DNA from: Armatimonadota bacterium
GTDB taxonomy: Bacteria > Armatimonadota > Zipacnadia > Zipacnadales > UBA5352
Assembly (NCBI GenBank): GCA_034722055.1
Contig: JAYENL010000113.1
Coordinates: forward strand, 1 to 39,061
Length of the DNA: 39,061 bases
Direction: 5' to 3'
Position numbers and translations under genes: made by a program. Numbering within the stretch: position 1 is the first letter of the stretch; each line of letters begins with the position of its first letter. The notes beneath the pieces were generated by a model. It was not told where the DNA came from. It searched no databases and saw only the letters and a program-made list of their open reading frames with translations. Shown here piece by piece: positions 1 to 8,872 of this stretch.

Positions 1-670
1 CTGAGCCGCGGGTCACGGCGGTGCCCTTGTAGAGCATGCAGGAGCGCTCCGCCAGGGGAGCATCATCGGCCACTGCGTCGGTGGTCTTGTCAACCGGCAC
101 GGACTCGCCGGTCAGCGCGGCCTCATCGGACTGGAGCTTGTTGCTCTCGATCAGCCGCATGTCGGCGGTGACCACGTCCCCGGCGTCCACGATCACGATG
201 TCGCCGGGGACCAGCGTGTGGGCATCGCGCTCCTGCACCGTCCCGGCGCGTCTGACGCGCGATGAGACGCGCGCGATGCGCTCGAGCGACTCCATGGAGC
301 GGATGGCCCGGAGCTCGGTGACGAAGCCGATGGCGGCGTTGATGAGGATGACGGCGAGGATGGCGATGGCCTCGAGGTAGTCGCCAACACCGAATGCCAC
401 CACCGCCGCCACCGCCAGCAGGGCCACCATGAGGCTCTTGAACTGCTCGACGAGCACCTGCCAGGGACTCGCCATCCCCGGACTGCGAATGCAGTTGGGA
501 CCGAAGCGCCTGCGGCGCTGGCGGGCCTCGGCGGCGTCCAATCCTGCCTCTGGCTCTACGGCCAGCTCATCGAGGAGCTGCCCTGCGGGGCGCGCATAGG
601 GGGTCTCAGGGAGATCCTCGGCGGCGGTCATCTGCCGCTCGCGATCGGCAATTTCGCATTCTTCGGCCAT
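1..670 (-). CDS. Cation-transporting P-type ATPase (type II / Ca2+-ATPase-like), 5' part, runs off window start
   Basis: Absent from the ORF track because it has no stop in the window. Manual minus-strand translation: MAEEC...GLDAAEARQRRRRFGPN...QFKSLMVALL (TM1-2)...LVPGDIVIVDAGDVVTADMRL...DEAALTGESVPVDK (actuator TGES motif). Alternative in-frame ATG at 682. Confidence 0.92.
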   Translation of the reverse strand, partial: MAEECEIADRERQMTAAEDLPETPYARPAGQLLDELAVEPEAGLDAAEARQRRRRFGPNCIRSPGMASPWQVLVEQFKSLMVALLAVAAVVAFGVGDYLEAIAILAVILINAAIGFVTELRAIRSMESLERIARVSSRVRRAGTVQERDAHTLVPGDIVIVDAGDVVTADMRLIESNKLQSDEAALTGESVPVDKTTDAVADDAPLAERSCMLYKGTAVTRGS

Positions 671-717
671 GGATTCCTGCATTCCACCCCAAATCGAGAT
701 GACCCAGCCCACCTCAC

Positions 718-746
718 ATTCTACACGATGACGCAAACTTAAGCAA
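718..746 (-). promoter_or_regulatory. Putative sigma70 promoter of the P-type ATPase
   Basis: Minus strand TTGCTT-N17-TAGAAT in the AT-rich divergent intergenic region. Confidence 0.5.
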
Positions 747-764
747 AAAGTACCGCATACGGCC

Positions 765-793
765 TTCACCACAGCGCCACATTCGGGTATACT
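765..793 (+). promoter_or_regulatory. Putative sigma70 promoter of the TPR-protein gene
   Basis: TTCACC-N17-TATACT upstream of RBS GGAGGTG (824-830) and ATG 836. Confidence 0.5.
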
Positions 794-835
794 AGGAGTG
801 GGGGAGTGTCAGAAGACGCGCGTGGAGGTGCTAGT

Positions 836-3487
836 ATGCGACGCGCCACCTTCTTACTGCTTGTGGTCGTCCTCAGCGCCGCACCCGCGCTGTGCCAGGA
901 CGGTGCCTTCGATCTTACCGGTGTGCTCGGCCGCTCCTTCGACGAGATCGCGCTCCTGCCGACACGCCTGACGACGTACAACCAGCACGATGACGCTGCC
1001 AGGGCCACCTACACCTGCTGCAAGCCGTGGCAGGAGGAGAAGATCGAGCAGGCCCTGCGAGCCAACGCCGCATTCCTTCTCAGCCACCCCACGTCGGACT
1101 ACGCCGACGACACGCTCATGCACAACGCCCGGGTGAACTCGGTGAAGAAGGACTTCCGAGCCGAGATCGCCGCCTACGCGCAGCTCGTACAGAACTACCC
1201 TGACAGCGACATGGCCGATGATGCCTGCTGGGGCCTGGCGCAGATGCACCGTGCCGACCAGGACCACCTGGCGGCCATCGATGCGCTGAACACGCTCATC
1301 TTCACGTGGCCGGACAGCGTCTGGGCTGATAACGCTCACTTCGCCATCGCCCAGGAATTCAAGGCCGTGGATGACGAGGAGGGGTATCTGCAGGCCCTGG
1401 AGGGCCTGGTGGAGCGCTACCCGCGCGCGGACTGCTGCGCTGAGGCGCTGGCGATGCTGGCCAACAAGTACCGCGAGGTGGAGAACTACGAGGCCGCCAT
1501 CGCTGCGTCCGAGGACCTGATGGCTCGCTACCCCTACTCCGACCACCTTGATGACGCCCTGTTCTGCATCGCCGAGAGCCGCAGGCATATGGGCGACCCA
1601 CACGGCGCGCTGGGCGCGTACTGCGAGCTCATCGAGGGCCTGCCGGGTAGCCACCTCACGAACCGGGCGATGCGGGAGGCCAATACGCTGGCGCGGAACC
1701 TGCGCGGAGCCGGCCAGGAGGCGCCCCCGCTTTACGACACGGAGGTCGGGAACGCGGGCGAGGCAGCCGGGGATATGCACAGCTACGCCCGGCACCTGCA
1801 GAACTACCGGCAGTTCCAGGAGGCGATCAACACCTACAGAGAGTTCGTGCGGCGCTTCCCCGGCAGCGACAGCTTCGACGACGCCCTCTACAACATCGGC
1901 GTCTGCTACCAGCAGATGAACATTCTCTTCGAGGATATCAACAAGGCCGAAGGGCCCGAGGACCTCTACCGCCTGCAGGATCGCTTCGAGGACGCCGTCG
2001 GCAGCCGCACGTCGATCCCCGGCGGCCAGCACCTGACGGCGGTCACCGACGCGGCGTCGGCCTTCGCGGAGGTCGTGAACAACCTCATCGGCAGCGAGCT
2101 CCGCGACGACGCGCTCTACGAGATCGCCAAGACCTACGAGGACTCCGAGCGCACCGAGGACATGGTCTACACCTACCTGCAGCTCGTGGTCTACTTCCCC
2201 GGCTCCGAGCATGAGATGGAGGCGCTGTATGAGGTTCTGAAGTACTTCCACGAGGGCGAGAACTTCGAGGCCGCTGCGCTGATGTATCCGGAGCTGTCGG
2301 CGGCCTATCCGAACCTGTTCCCGGCGGGCCTCACGGCGGGGAAGAACGAGTTCCTGACGGTGATGAGGGCCTACTTCTCGCATGTTGACTTCGCGTGGTT
2401 CGAGTACCACAAGAAGCACATTCCCTACCGGGTGACCTGCGCGGACCTGGGGCCGGATGCGGCCCTCACACTGGCGGCGCTGAACATGGCCCGCGGGAAC
2501 TACAGCCAGGCGCGCAAGCAGCTCGAGCCGGTGCTGGAGCTGCGCACCAATGACCTGTGCGGGCCGGCGACCTTCCTGCTGGCGCAGTGCTGCGAGCGGG
2601 AGGGCAAGCAGGCGCGCGCCCGGGAGCTCTACAGCACGGTCGTCAGCGACTTCCCCGAGTCCGGCCTGGCCGATGACGCGAAGCTGGCGCTGAGTCGGCT
2701 CGGCGAGCCGGCCCTGGATCGCTACGTGCAGCTTGTCAAGAGCAACCTGGACTACTCGCTGGGCAACGTGGACTGCTACAACGGTGAGGAGATCGTGGTC
2801 TTCGCGCCCTACACCGTGACCGTGAAGATGCGCCAGTACAACATGCCCAACATCTGGGAGCAGTCGCAGGTGCTGCTGGAGGACTGGACGGGCGCGCAGG
2901 CGCCCGACAAGATCGTGATCTGCGTCGATCAGGGCTGCCGGAGCCGGGAGGGGAATCCCATACTGCTGCCCGGCTGCAAGATCGGCGATCCCCCGAAGTG
3001 GTCGCTGGGCTTCGAGAGCCTGGCCCGGCAGATGATCGGGCGGGCGGCCGGCGAGCGGCTCGCTCAGGGGGCGTGGGTGGACGGCCTGGCCAAGTTCGCC
3101 GCCGCCAGTCTCCAGTATGACCTTGTAACCGAGACGCGGGACGCCATCGGCAGCGCCTCGGCGGTGGTCCTGCCCCAGCAGGATGTGATCAACGCCCGCG
3201 AGCGCGCGCTGGGCGCGCTCCAGGAGTGGGTCCGAGAGGGCGGCCGTGCGGAGCCGGGGGCCGACGTGGTGGCCGGCATGCTCTACGCGCTCCTGGATAG
3301 CCAGGGCTTCTCGCAGGAGCGACTGATCGACCGGGAGCCCTACCGGCGCTTCTTCGCCTCGCTGCAGGAGCGGGAGGGAGCAGGGAGGGCCATGTTCGCA
3401 TACGCCCTTAACCGCACCTTCGACGGCGCCTGCTGCGATCAGCTCCGCCGCTGGGGGCTGCCGGTGTCCGGCCACATGGGCAGTTAG
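836..3487 (+). CDS. Secreted tetratricopeptide-repeat protein (BamD/CpoB-like TPR pairs) with an uncharacterised C-terminal domain
   Basis: Sec-type signal MRRATFLLLVVVLSAAPALC; many repeats of (Y/F/W)PxSxxADDA-like TPR junction motifs (HPTSDYADD, YPDSDMADDA, WPDSVWADNA, YPYSDHLDDA, FPGSDSFDDA, FPESGLADDA); RBS GGAGG. Confidence 0.85.
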   Translation: MRRATFLLLVVVLSAAPALCQDGAFDLTGVLGRSFDEIALLPTRLTTYNQHDDAARATYTCCKPWQEEKIEQALRANAAFLLSHPTSDYADDTLMHNARVNSVKKDFRAEIAAYAQLVQNYPDSDMADDACWGLAQMHRADQDHLAAIDALNTLIFTWPDSVWADNAHFAIAQEFKAVDDEEGYLQALEGLVERYPRADCCAEALAMLANKYREVENYEAAIAASEDLMARYPYSDHLDDALFCIAESRRHMGDPHGALGAYCELIEGLPGSHLTNRAMREANTLARNLRGAGQEAPPLYDTEVGNAGEAAGDMHSYARHLQNYRQFQEAINTYREFVRRFPGSDSFDDALYNIGVCYQQMNILFEDINKAEGPEDLYRLQDRFEDAVGSRTSIPGGQHLTAVTDAASAFAEVVNNLIGSELRDDALYEIAKTYEDSERTEDMVYTYLQLVVYFPGSEHEMEALYEVLKYFHEGENFEAAALMYPELSAAYPNLFPAGLTAGKNEFLTVMRAYFSHVDFAWFEYHKKHIPYRVTCADLGPDAALTLAALNMARGNYSQARKQLEPVLELRTNDLCGPATFLLAQCCEREGKQARARELYSTVVSDFPESGLADDAKLALSRLGEPALDRYVQLVKSNLDYSLGNVDCYNGEEIVVFAPYTVTVKMRQYNMPNIWEQSQVLLEDWTGAQAPDKIVICVDQGCRSREGNPILLPGCKIGDPPKWSLGFESLARQMIGRAAGERLAQGAWVDGLAKFAAASLQYDLVTETRDAIGSASAVVLPQQDVINARERALGALQEWVREGGRAEPGADVVAGMLYALLDSQGFSQERLIDREPYRRFFASLQEREGAGRAMFAYALNRTFDGACCDQLRRWGLPVSGHMGS

Positions 3488-3599
3488 CGGGCGAACCTGC
3501 GCCCTGCACGGCGCGTCATAACGGGCGGGTGATGGCGACCCGCCCGTTTCAGCTTCCGCCGGCTGCAGCTCCGAGGCCAAGTCGGGAGGCGGTCAACAG

Positions 3600-4742
3600 A
3601 TGGGCGATGGGATCAGTCGACGCGACTTCTTCGGTCTGTGCGCTCGGGCCGGGGCGCTCGCAGCCCTGCCCACCGGCGGTCTTATGGACGGGCTGGGGGG
3701 ACTCGTCCGCGAGGTCGGAGACATCTCCTCGCAGCCGGCGCGCTACTGGAAGAAGCTCGACGGCGACCGCGTGCAGTGCCAGGTCTGCCCCAGGCGGTGC
3801 ATCGTCGGCACCGGCGAGAGCGGCTTCTGCGGCACCCGAGAGAACGTGGGCGGCCAGCTCATCACCAAGGTCTACGGCAGGCCGGCCCTGGTGCGCGCGG
3901 AGGCCATGGAGAAGGGGCCCTTCTTCCACTTCCTTCCCGCCACCAAGAGCCTGGCCCTGGGCACCGCCGGCTGCAACCTCGACTGCGGCTACTGCCAGAA
4001 CTGGGAGTTCGCCCGCTCCACCCCCGAGCTGACCGACAACAAGAACCTCCCCCCGCGCAGCCTCGTGGATCAGGTCACGGAGCTTGGCGGCAAGTCCATC
4101 ACCTTCACGTATTCGGAGGGCATCATCTCCTGCGAGTACGTCCTGGACACCGCCGAGTACGCCCGCGAGCAGGGCCTGCGGGTTCTGCTCAAGACCGCCG
4201 GCTACGGCAACCCCGAGGTGATGCGGGACCTGTGCGAGGCCGTGGACGCCGTGAACGTGGACCTGAAGGCCTTCGACGAGAGCGTCTACCAGCAGATCAC
4301 CGGCGCCGACCTCCAGCCGTCTCTGGATACCGTCAAGCTGGTGGCCTCCACCGGCGTGTGGCTGGAGTTGACGAACCTGGTGGTGCCGGGCTACAACGAC
4401 AGGGACCGGATGGTCGCCCGGATGGCGGCGTGGATCGTGGAGAACTGCGGCGCCAACACGCCGCTGCACATGTCGCGCTTCTTCCCCAAGTACCGCTTTC
4501 GCAGCATCGACCCCACCCCGAAGGAGACGCTCCTGCGGCTGCGGAAGGTGGCCTTCAACGCCGGCCTGAAGTACGTCTACCTGGGCAACATGGGCGGCGA
4601 CCCGGCCGAGTCCACCTACTGCCCGAAGTGCTGGCTGAAGGTCATCGAGCGCGTGGGCTTCCGGGTCTCCAACAAGGGCCTGGACCTTGAGACGAGTCGC
4701 TGCACCAAGTGCGGCTACAAGATCCCCGGCGTGTGGACGTAG
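3600..4742 (+). CDS. amrS: AmmeMemoRadiSam-system radical SAM enzyme (PFL-activase-like) with Tat-like leader
   Basis: N-terminal VQCQVCPRRC...GFCGTR, EKGPFFHFLP, radical SAM motif CNLDCGYCQNW, NVDLKAF, LHMSRFFP, YVYLGN, TYCPKC...CTKCG...IPGVW; leader SRRDFF. Confidence 0.88.
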   Translation: MGDGISRRDFFGLCARAGALAALPTGGLMDGLGGLVREVGDISSQPARYWKKLDGDRVQCQVCPRRCIVGTGESGFCGTRENVGGQLITKVYGRPALVRAEAMEKGPFFHFLPATKSLALGTAGCNLDCGYCQNWEFARSTPELTDNKNLPPRSLVDQVTELGGKSITFTYSEGIISCEYVLDTAEYAREQGLRVLLKTAGYGNPEVMRDLCEAVDAVNVDLKAFDESVYQQITGADLQPSLDTVKLVASTGVWLELTNLVVPGYNDRDRMVARMAAWIVENCGANTPLHMSRFFPKYRFRSIDPTPKETLLRLRKVAFNAGLKYVYLGNMGGDPAESTYCPKCWLKVIERVGFRVSNKGLDLETSRCTKCGYKIPGVWT

Positions 4743-4795
4743 GCGAACACAGGGGGGTGCCCAGCGCCTCTGCGTCTGATGAAGGAGGGATGACG

Positions 4796-5668
4796 ATGCG
4801 ATCGACGACGCGATCTGTACTGCTTGTCATTGCACTCACCGCGGTGGCCTGCGCCGGGCCCTCCTGCGAGCAGCCGCAGGCACCGGCCACGGAAGTTCCC
4901 GCGACGCCGCCATCTCCCGAAACGGAGCGCGAAGAGGAGCATGCCATGATCCTGACGGTCGTCTTCGATAACAACCCCGGACCGGCGGAGCTGAAGACCG
5001 GCTGGGGCTTCGGCTGCTACGTGGAGCTGCCCCAGACAACGGTCCTCTTCGACACCGGCGCCATCGGCAGGGTCCTCATCGACAACATCCTGGCGCTGGA
5101 CCTCGACCCCGAGGCCATTGACCTCATCGTGCTCTCCCACAGGCACGGTGACCATGTGGCCGGCCTGCCCGATGTACTGAGCCTTAACCCCGATGCCACC
5201 GTCTGCGTGCTTGAGTCCTTCCCGGGCGACATCAAGCGGGCTGTGAGCGCTGCCGGCGCGACGCTGGTGGAGGCGGAGCCGGGCCAGCAGCTCGCGGAGG
5301 GCGTCTTCACCACCGGCGCGATCCCCGGCCCGCCGCCGGAGCAGGCGCTGGTGCTGGAGTCCGCCGACGGGCTGGTGGTGATCACCGGCTGCGCGCACCC
5401 GGGCGTGGACCGGATGGTGGAGGTCGCCAGGCAGCAGCACGAGGGCGAGATCGAGCTGGTCTTCGGGGGCTTCCACCTCACGGGGGCGAGCCGTGGCCGC
5501 ATCGAGCAGATCGCGCGCTCCCTGCAGCAGATGGGCGTGAACCGCGCCGGCCCCTGTCACTGCTCGGGGGACACCGCGCGCCAGGTCTTCGCGGAGCTCT
5601 TCGGCGACCGCTACGTGGACGTGCACGTGGGGACGCGATTCGAGCTGCCGCTGCCGGGCGAGCAGTAG
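4796..5668 (+). CDS. Metallo-beta-lactamase-fold hydrolase (COG1237-like) with lipoprotein-type leader
   Basis: WGFGCYVE, LFDTG, SHRHGDH, ITGCAHPG, GGFHL and PCHCSG motifs; RBS AAGGAGG; hydrophobic leader ending LTAVAC then a Pro/Glu-rich linker. Confidence 0.88.
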   Translation: MRSTTRSVLLVIALTAVACAGPSCEQPQAPATEVPATPPSPETEREEEHAMILTVVFDNNPGPAELKTGWGFGCYVELPQTTVLFDTGAIGRVLIDNILALDLDPEAIDLIVLSHRHGDHVAGLPDVLSLNPDATVCVLESFPGDIKRAVSAAGATLVEAEPGQQLAEGVFTTGAIPGPPPEQALVLESADGLVVITGCAHPGVDRMVEVARQQHEGEIELVFGGFHLTGASRGRIEQIARSLQQMGVNRAGPCHCSGDTARQVFAELFGDRYVDVHVGTRFELPLPGEQ

Positions 5669-5676
5669 CCGCGCCC

Positions 5677-6588
5677 TCAGAGCCTCAGCCGCCCCTCGAG
5701 TCCGAACAGCTCGATGGCGTTGCGGGCGGCGATGTTGGCGATGGCATCCTCGTCGCAGTCGGCCTCCCGCAGGAAGCCCTCCAGGCTCGACACCTGGCAG
5801 GGGTAGGGGTTGTCGTCAGGGCTCTCGTTGGGGAAGATGATCCCATAGGGCGGGAAGGGCGGCATGCCGCGGGCGATCCAGTCCGTCCCGGGGATGAGCC
5901 GCTCCGAGCCCAGGCGCCCCACGGCCTCGCGCACCCACTGCCGGGTGTTGAAGTCGCGGATCTCCAGCCACAGATTCTCGCCGCCCATCATGGCGTAGAC
6001 CTCCGCCGCGGTGATGTGCATCCACGAGTTGGTGCCACCGATGGCGTGGGCGGCGATGATCTTCGCCTCCGGGACCTGCCGGGCGAGGCTGATGGCCTCT
6101 CGCATCTGCCGGCCCTCGGGCTGGCCGGCGGTCGAGACGTGCACCTGCACGGGCAGACCCAGCTCGGCAGCGTGGCGCGTGATCTCCACCATCCCCGGGC
6201 TGTCCAGTGCAAAGCCCATGGCGTAGCCGAGGACCTCGCCGACCTGCACGAAGCCGTGCTCGCCGCCGTAGAGGTCGAGGCACTCCCGCGACTGCTTCAC
6301 CGCGCCCGGATGCACCGCCACCGAGCCGAAGATGCGCCCCTCTGGCGCCTGCTGCACGAGGCGAAGCTGACCCTCATTCGTCCAGGGCACGCCCTCGGCG
6401 GGGTCGGCCTCGATGCGGCGGCTGCCGGGGAAGGAGAAGCTGATGACCCAGATGAGGTGCGCGGGGTCGGCGTCCATGACCGCCATGACGTCGTCAATGC
6501 CGAACTCCGGCGGGCCCTCCCCGTCCTCGGCCCACCCGCGGATGTGCACGTGGGAGTCGATCCAGACGCGCCTGCCGTCTACGATCAT
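5677..6588 (-). CDS. Amidohydrolase family protein (Amidohydro_2-like TIM barrel)
   Basis: WIDSHVH, GEV, PVQVH, IIAAHA and GTDW motifs; ATG at 6588 overlaps the upstream stop (ATGA); RBS GGAG. Confidence 0.85.
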   Translation of the reverse strand: MIVDGRRVWIDSHVHIRGWAEDGEGPPEFGIDDVMAVMDADPAHLIWVISFSFPGSRRIEADPAEGVPWTNEGQLRLVQQAPEGRIFGSVAVHPGAVKQSRECLDLYGGEHGFVQVGEVLGYAMGFALDSPGMVEITRHAAELGLPVQVHVSTAGQPEGRQMREAISLARQVPEAKIIAAHAIGGTNSWMHITAAEVYAMMGGENLWLEIRDFNTRQWVREAVGRLGSERLIPGTDWIARGMPPFPPYGIIFPNESPDDNPYPCQVSSLEGFLREADCDEDAIANIAARNAIELFGLEGRLRL

Positions 6589-7421
6589 GTGCAATTCTCC
6601 TCGGCGGCAGCTCGGGCGTCCCGCAGCCAGTGGGTGAACTCGTCGGGCACCAGGCCCTCGGGCTGGGTGCGCAGCTTCTCGATGATCGTGTCCACGTTCA
6701 CGCGGGCGCGGGTGGCGCGGAGGGTGGCGTCGCCGATCTCGGCGTAGCGCATGGCGCCTCTCTCGCGCAGCCACCGCTCCACGATCTCGAAGGCGAACTG
6801 CGGCCAGACGCCGGGGCTCTTCCAGCCCCGCACGCGCTCGGCCAGCTCCCCGGCGCGCTCGCCGGCGTCCTGCAGCACCTGGCGCACGAACTCCGCCTGG
6901 GCGAAGTGACCGATGGTGTTCACGCTGGTGGTCACGCCCAGGAAGAGGTAGTGGGCGTCGAGGTCGTAGAGCCACTGCCAGGGGCTGCCGAAGCCGAAGG
7001 CCGCCGGCCCCCATGGGCTGGGCCTGCCCCAGGAGTCGGCATGGCCGCGCGTGGTCTGCCGGGCGTGCGCGCCGATGGCGGCGACGGAGTGCGTTGGGTG
7101 GTCGCTGCGGATGGCATCGGGATGCAGGCGGCCGGCCTCGGTGATGGCGCCCACGTCCGAGGGCGAGCGCTCGATGTCCCAGCGCTCGAAGCGGTGCTCC
7201 ATATCCGTCTGGCAGAGTGTGGGAACGACCAGCGTGCCCTGGGCCGGATCCAGGACCTCGAGGAATGCGTCGATGACAGTCTCCGCGCCCCCCTCCACCC
7301 AGCCCATAGACGACAGCGAGCTGTGCACGATGGCGGCGTCGCCTGCCCGCAGGCCCACCTCGCGCAGACCGCTGGCGATGTCCTCACGGCGAACGATGGT
7401 CTTGCTCTCCCGCTGGGTCAT
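6585..7421 (-). CDS. AAC(3)-family (YokD-like) N-acetyltransferase
   Basis: GLRAGDAAIVHSSLSSMGWVEGGAETVIDAF, GTLVVPT, RSDHPTHSVAAIG, FGFGSPW, LFLGV..VNTIGHFA. Confidence 0.88.
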   Translation of the reverse strand: MTQRESKTIVRREDIASGLREVGLRAGDAAIVHSSLSSMGWVEGGAETVIDAFLEVLDPAQGTLVVPTLCQTDMEHRFERWDIERSPSDVGAITEAGRLHPDAIRSDHPTHSVAAIGAHARQTTRGHADSWGRPSPWGPAAFGFGSPWQWLYDLDAHYLFLGVTTSVNTIGHFAQAEFVRQVLQDAGERAGELAERVRGWKSPGVWPQFAFEIVERWLRERGAMRYAEIGDATLRATRARVNVDTIIEKLRTQPEGLVPDEFTHWLRDARAAAEENCT

Positions 7422-7450
7422 AGTGGGAGAGAGGTTCCACGAGGGTCGCG

Positions 7451-8872
7451 TCAGGCCTTCTTGAATTCCCCGTTCGGGCCGGGCTCTCCCGTCATGTACT
7501 CGTGAATGGCCTCGGCGGCGCGGCGCCCCGCGCCCATGGCGTCGATAACGGTGGCCGAGCCGGTAACGATGTCGCCGCCCGCGAAGACTCCCTCGCGGGA
7601 GGTGGCGCCGGTGTCGTCGATTGCGATGTAGCCGCGGGCACTGAGCTCCAGGCCGGGCGTGGTCTGCGGCACCAGGGGATGTGCCCGAGACCCGATGGCC
7701 ACGATGGCCGTGTCGCAGGGGAGCTCGAACTGTGAGTCCTCGATGGGGACCGGCCGGGGCCTGCCGCTGCCGTCGAGCTCGCCCAGCTCCATGCGCTGGC
7801 AGGTCATGGACTGCAGCCACCCCTCATTGTCGCCGTGCATGGCGACGGGGGAGGCGAGGAAGGTGAACCTGACGCCCTCCTCCTCGGCGTGCACGACCTC
7901 CTCGGCGCGGGCCGGCATCTCGGCGCGCGTGCGGCGGTAGAGGACCGTGACGCTGTCGGCGCCGAGGCGCAGGGCGGTGCGAGCGGCATCCATGGCGACG
8001 TTCCCCCCGCCGATGACGATGACGTTGTCACCGCAGTGCACCGGGGTGTGGTACTCGGGGAAGCGGTCGGCGCGCATGAGGTTCACGCGGGTCAGGAACT
8101 CGTTGGCGGAGTAGACGCCCAGGAGGCTTTCGCCGGGGATGCCGAGGAAGCGCGGCAGCCCGGCGCCGGTGGCCACAAAGGCCGCGTCATGCTCCTGCAG
8201 CAGGTCGTCGATGGTGGCGGTGCGTCCCACCACGAAGTTGAGGCGTATCTCGACGCCGAGCCGGCGCAGGTAGTCCAGCTCTGCGTCCAGGACCTCCCGC
8301 GGGAGTCGGAAGCGCGGGATGCCGTAGCGGAGGACGCCCCCGGCGGCGTGGAACAGCTCGTAGATGATCACGTCGTGTCCCCACATGGCGAGGTCCGCTG
8401 CACAGGCCATTCCGCCCGGGCCGGAGCCGACGACGGCCACCGAGAAGCCGGTGGAGGCGGCAAGGTCCGGCACCTCCACCTCCCCGTGCTTCAGCTCCCA
8501 GTCGGCCGCGAAGCGCTCCAGGCGGCCGATCGCCACCGGCTCTCCGCGCTTGCCCAGCACGCACTCAAGCTCGCACTGCGTCTCCTGGGGGCAGACGCGG
8601 CCGCAGATGGCCGGGAAGGGGTTGGTCTCTCTGATCTTCCGCGCCGCCTCCGTGAAGCGCCCCTCCGCGATCAGCTTTAGGAACTGAGGGATCCTGACCT
8701 TGACGGGGCAGCCCTCAATGCACCTCGGCCGCTTGCACTGCAGGCAGCGCTGCGCCTCCGCCACCGCCGCCTCCTCGTCGTAGCCCAGCGGCACCTCGTC
8801 GAAGCTGCGGACCCGCTGGTCGGGTGGCCGCTCGGGCATGGGCTGGCGCGACGTCGTCAGCTTAGTCGTCAT
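7451..8872 (-). CDS. nfnB: NfnB / GltD-like flavo-iron-sulfur subunit (NADH-dependent reduced ferredoxin:NADP oxidoreductase large subunit)
   Basis: RCLQCKRPRCIEGCPV, NPFPAICGRVCPQETQCE, VAVVGSGPGG, YGIPRFRLP, GGGNVAMD, YRR, GVFAGGD; overlaps the 3' end of the nfnA-like gene; no gltB in the window. Confidence 0.85.
   Translation of the reverse strand: MTTKLTTSRQPMPERPPDQRVRSFDEVPLGYDEEAAVAEAQRCLQCKRPRCIEGCPVKVRIPQFLKLIAEGRFTEAARKIRETNPFPAICGRVCPQETQCELECVLGKRGEPVAIGRLERFAADWELKHGEVEVPDLAASTGFSVAVVGSGPGGMACAADLAMWGHDVIIYELFHAAGGVLRYGIPRFRLPREVLDAELDYLRRLGVEIRLNFVVGRTATIDDLLQEHDAAFVATGAGLPRFLGIPGESLLGVYSANEFLTRVNLMRADRFPEYHTPVHCGDNVIVIGGGNVAMDAARTALRLGADSVTVLYRRTRAEMPARAEEVVHAEEEGVRFTFLASPVAMHGDNEGWLQSMTCQRMELGELDGSGRPRPVPIEDSQFELPCDTAIVAIGSRAHPLVPQTTPGLELSARGYIAIDDTGATSREGVFAGGDIVTGSATVIDAMGAGRRAAEAIHEYMTGEPGPNGEFKKA

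Noticed and set aside
6585..7421. Acquired aminoglycoside resistance gene
   Set aside because: AAC(3)/YokD-family membership alone does not show resistance; host-like composition, operonic metabolic context and no mobile element.
7451..8872. Glutamate synthase small subunit gltD
   Set aside because: Paired with an NfnA-type gene and no gltB in the window; NfnB/SudA-type assignment is more consistent.
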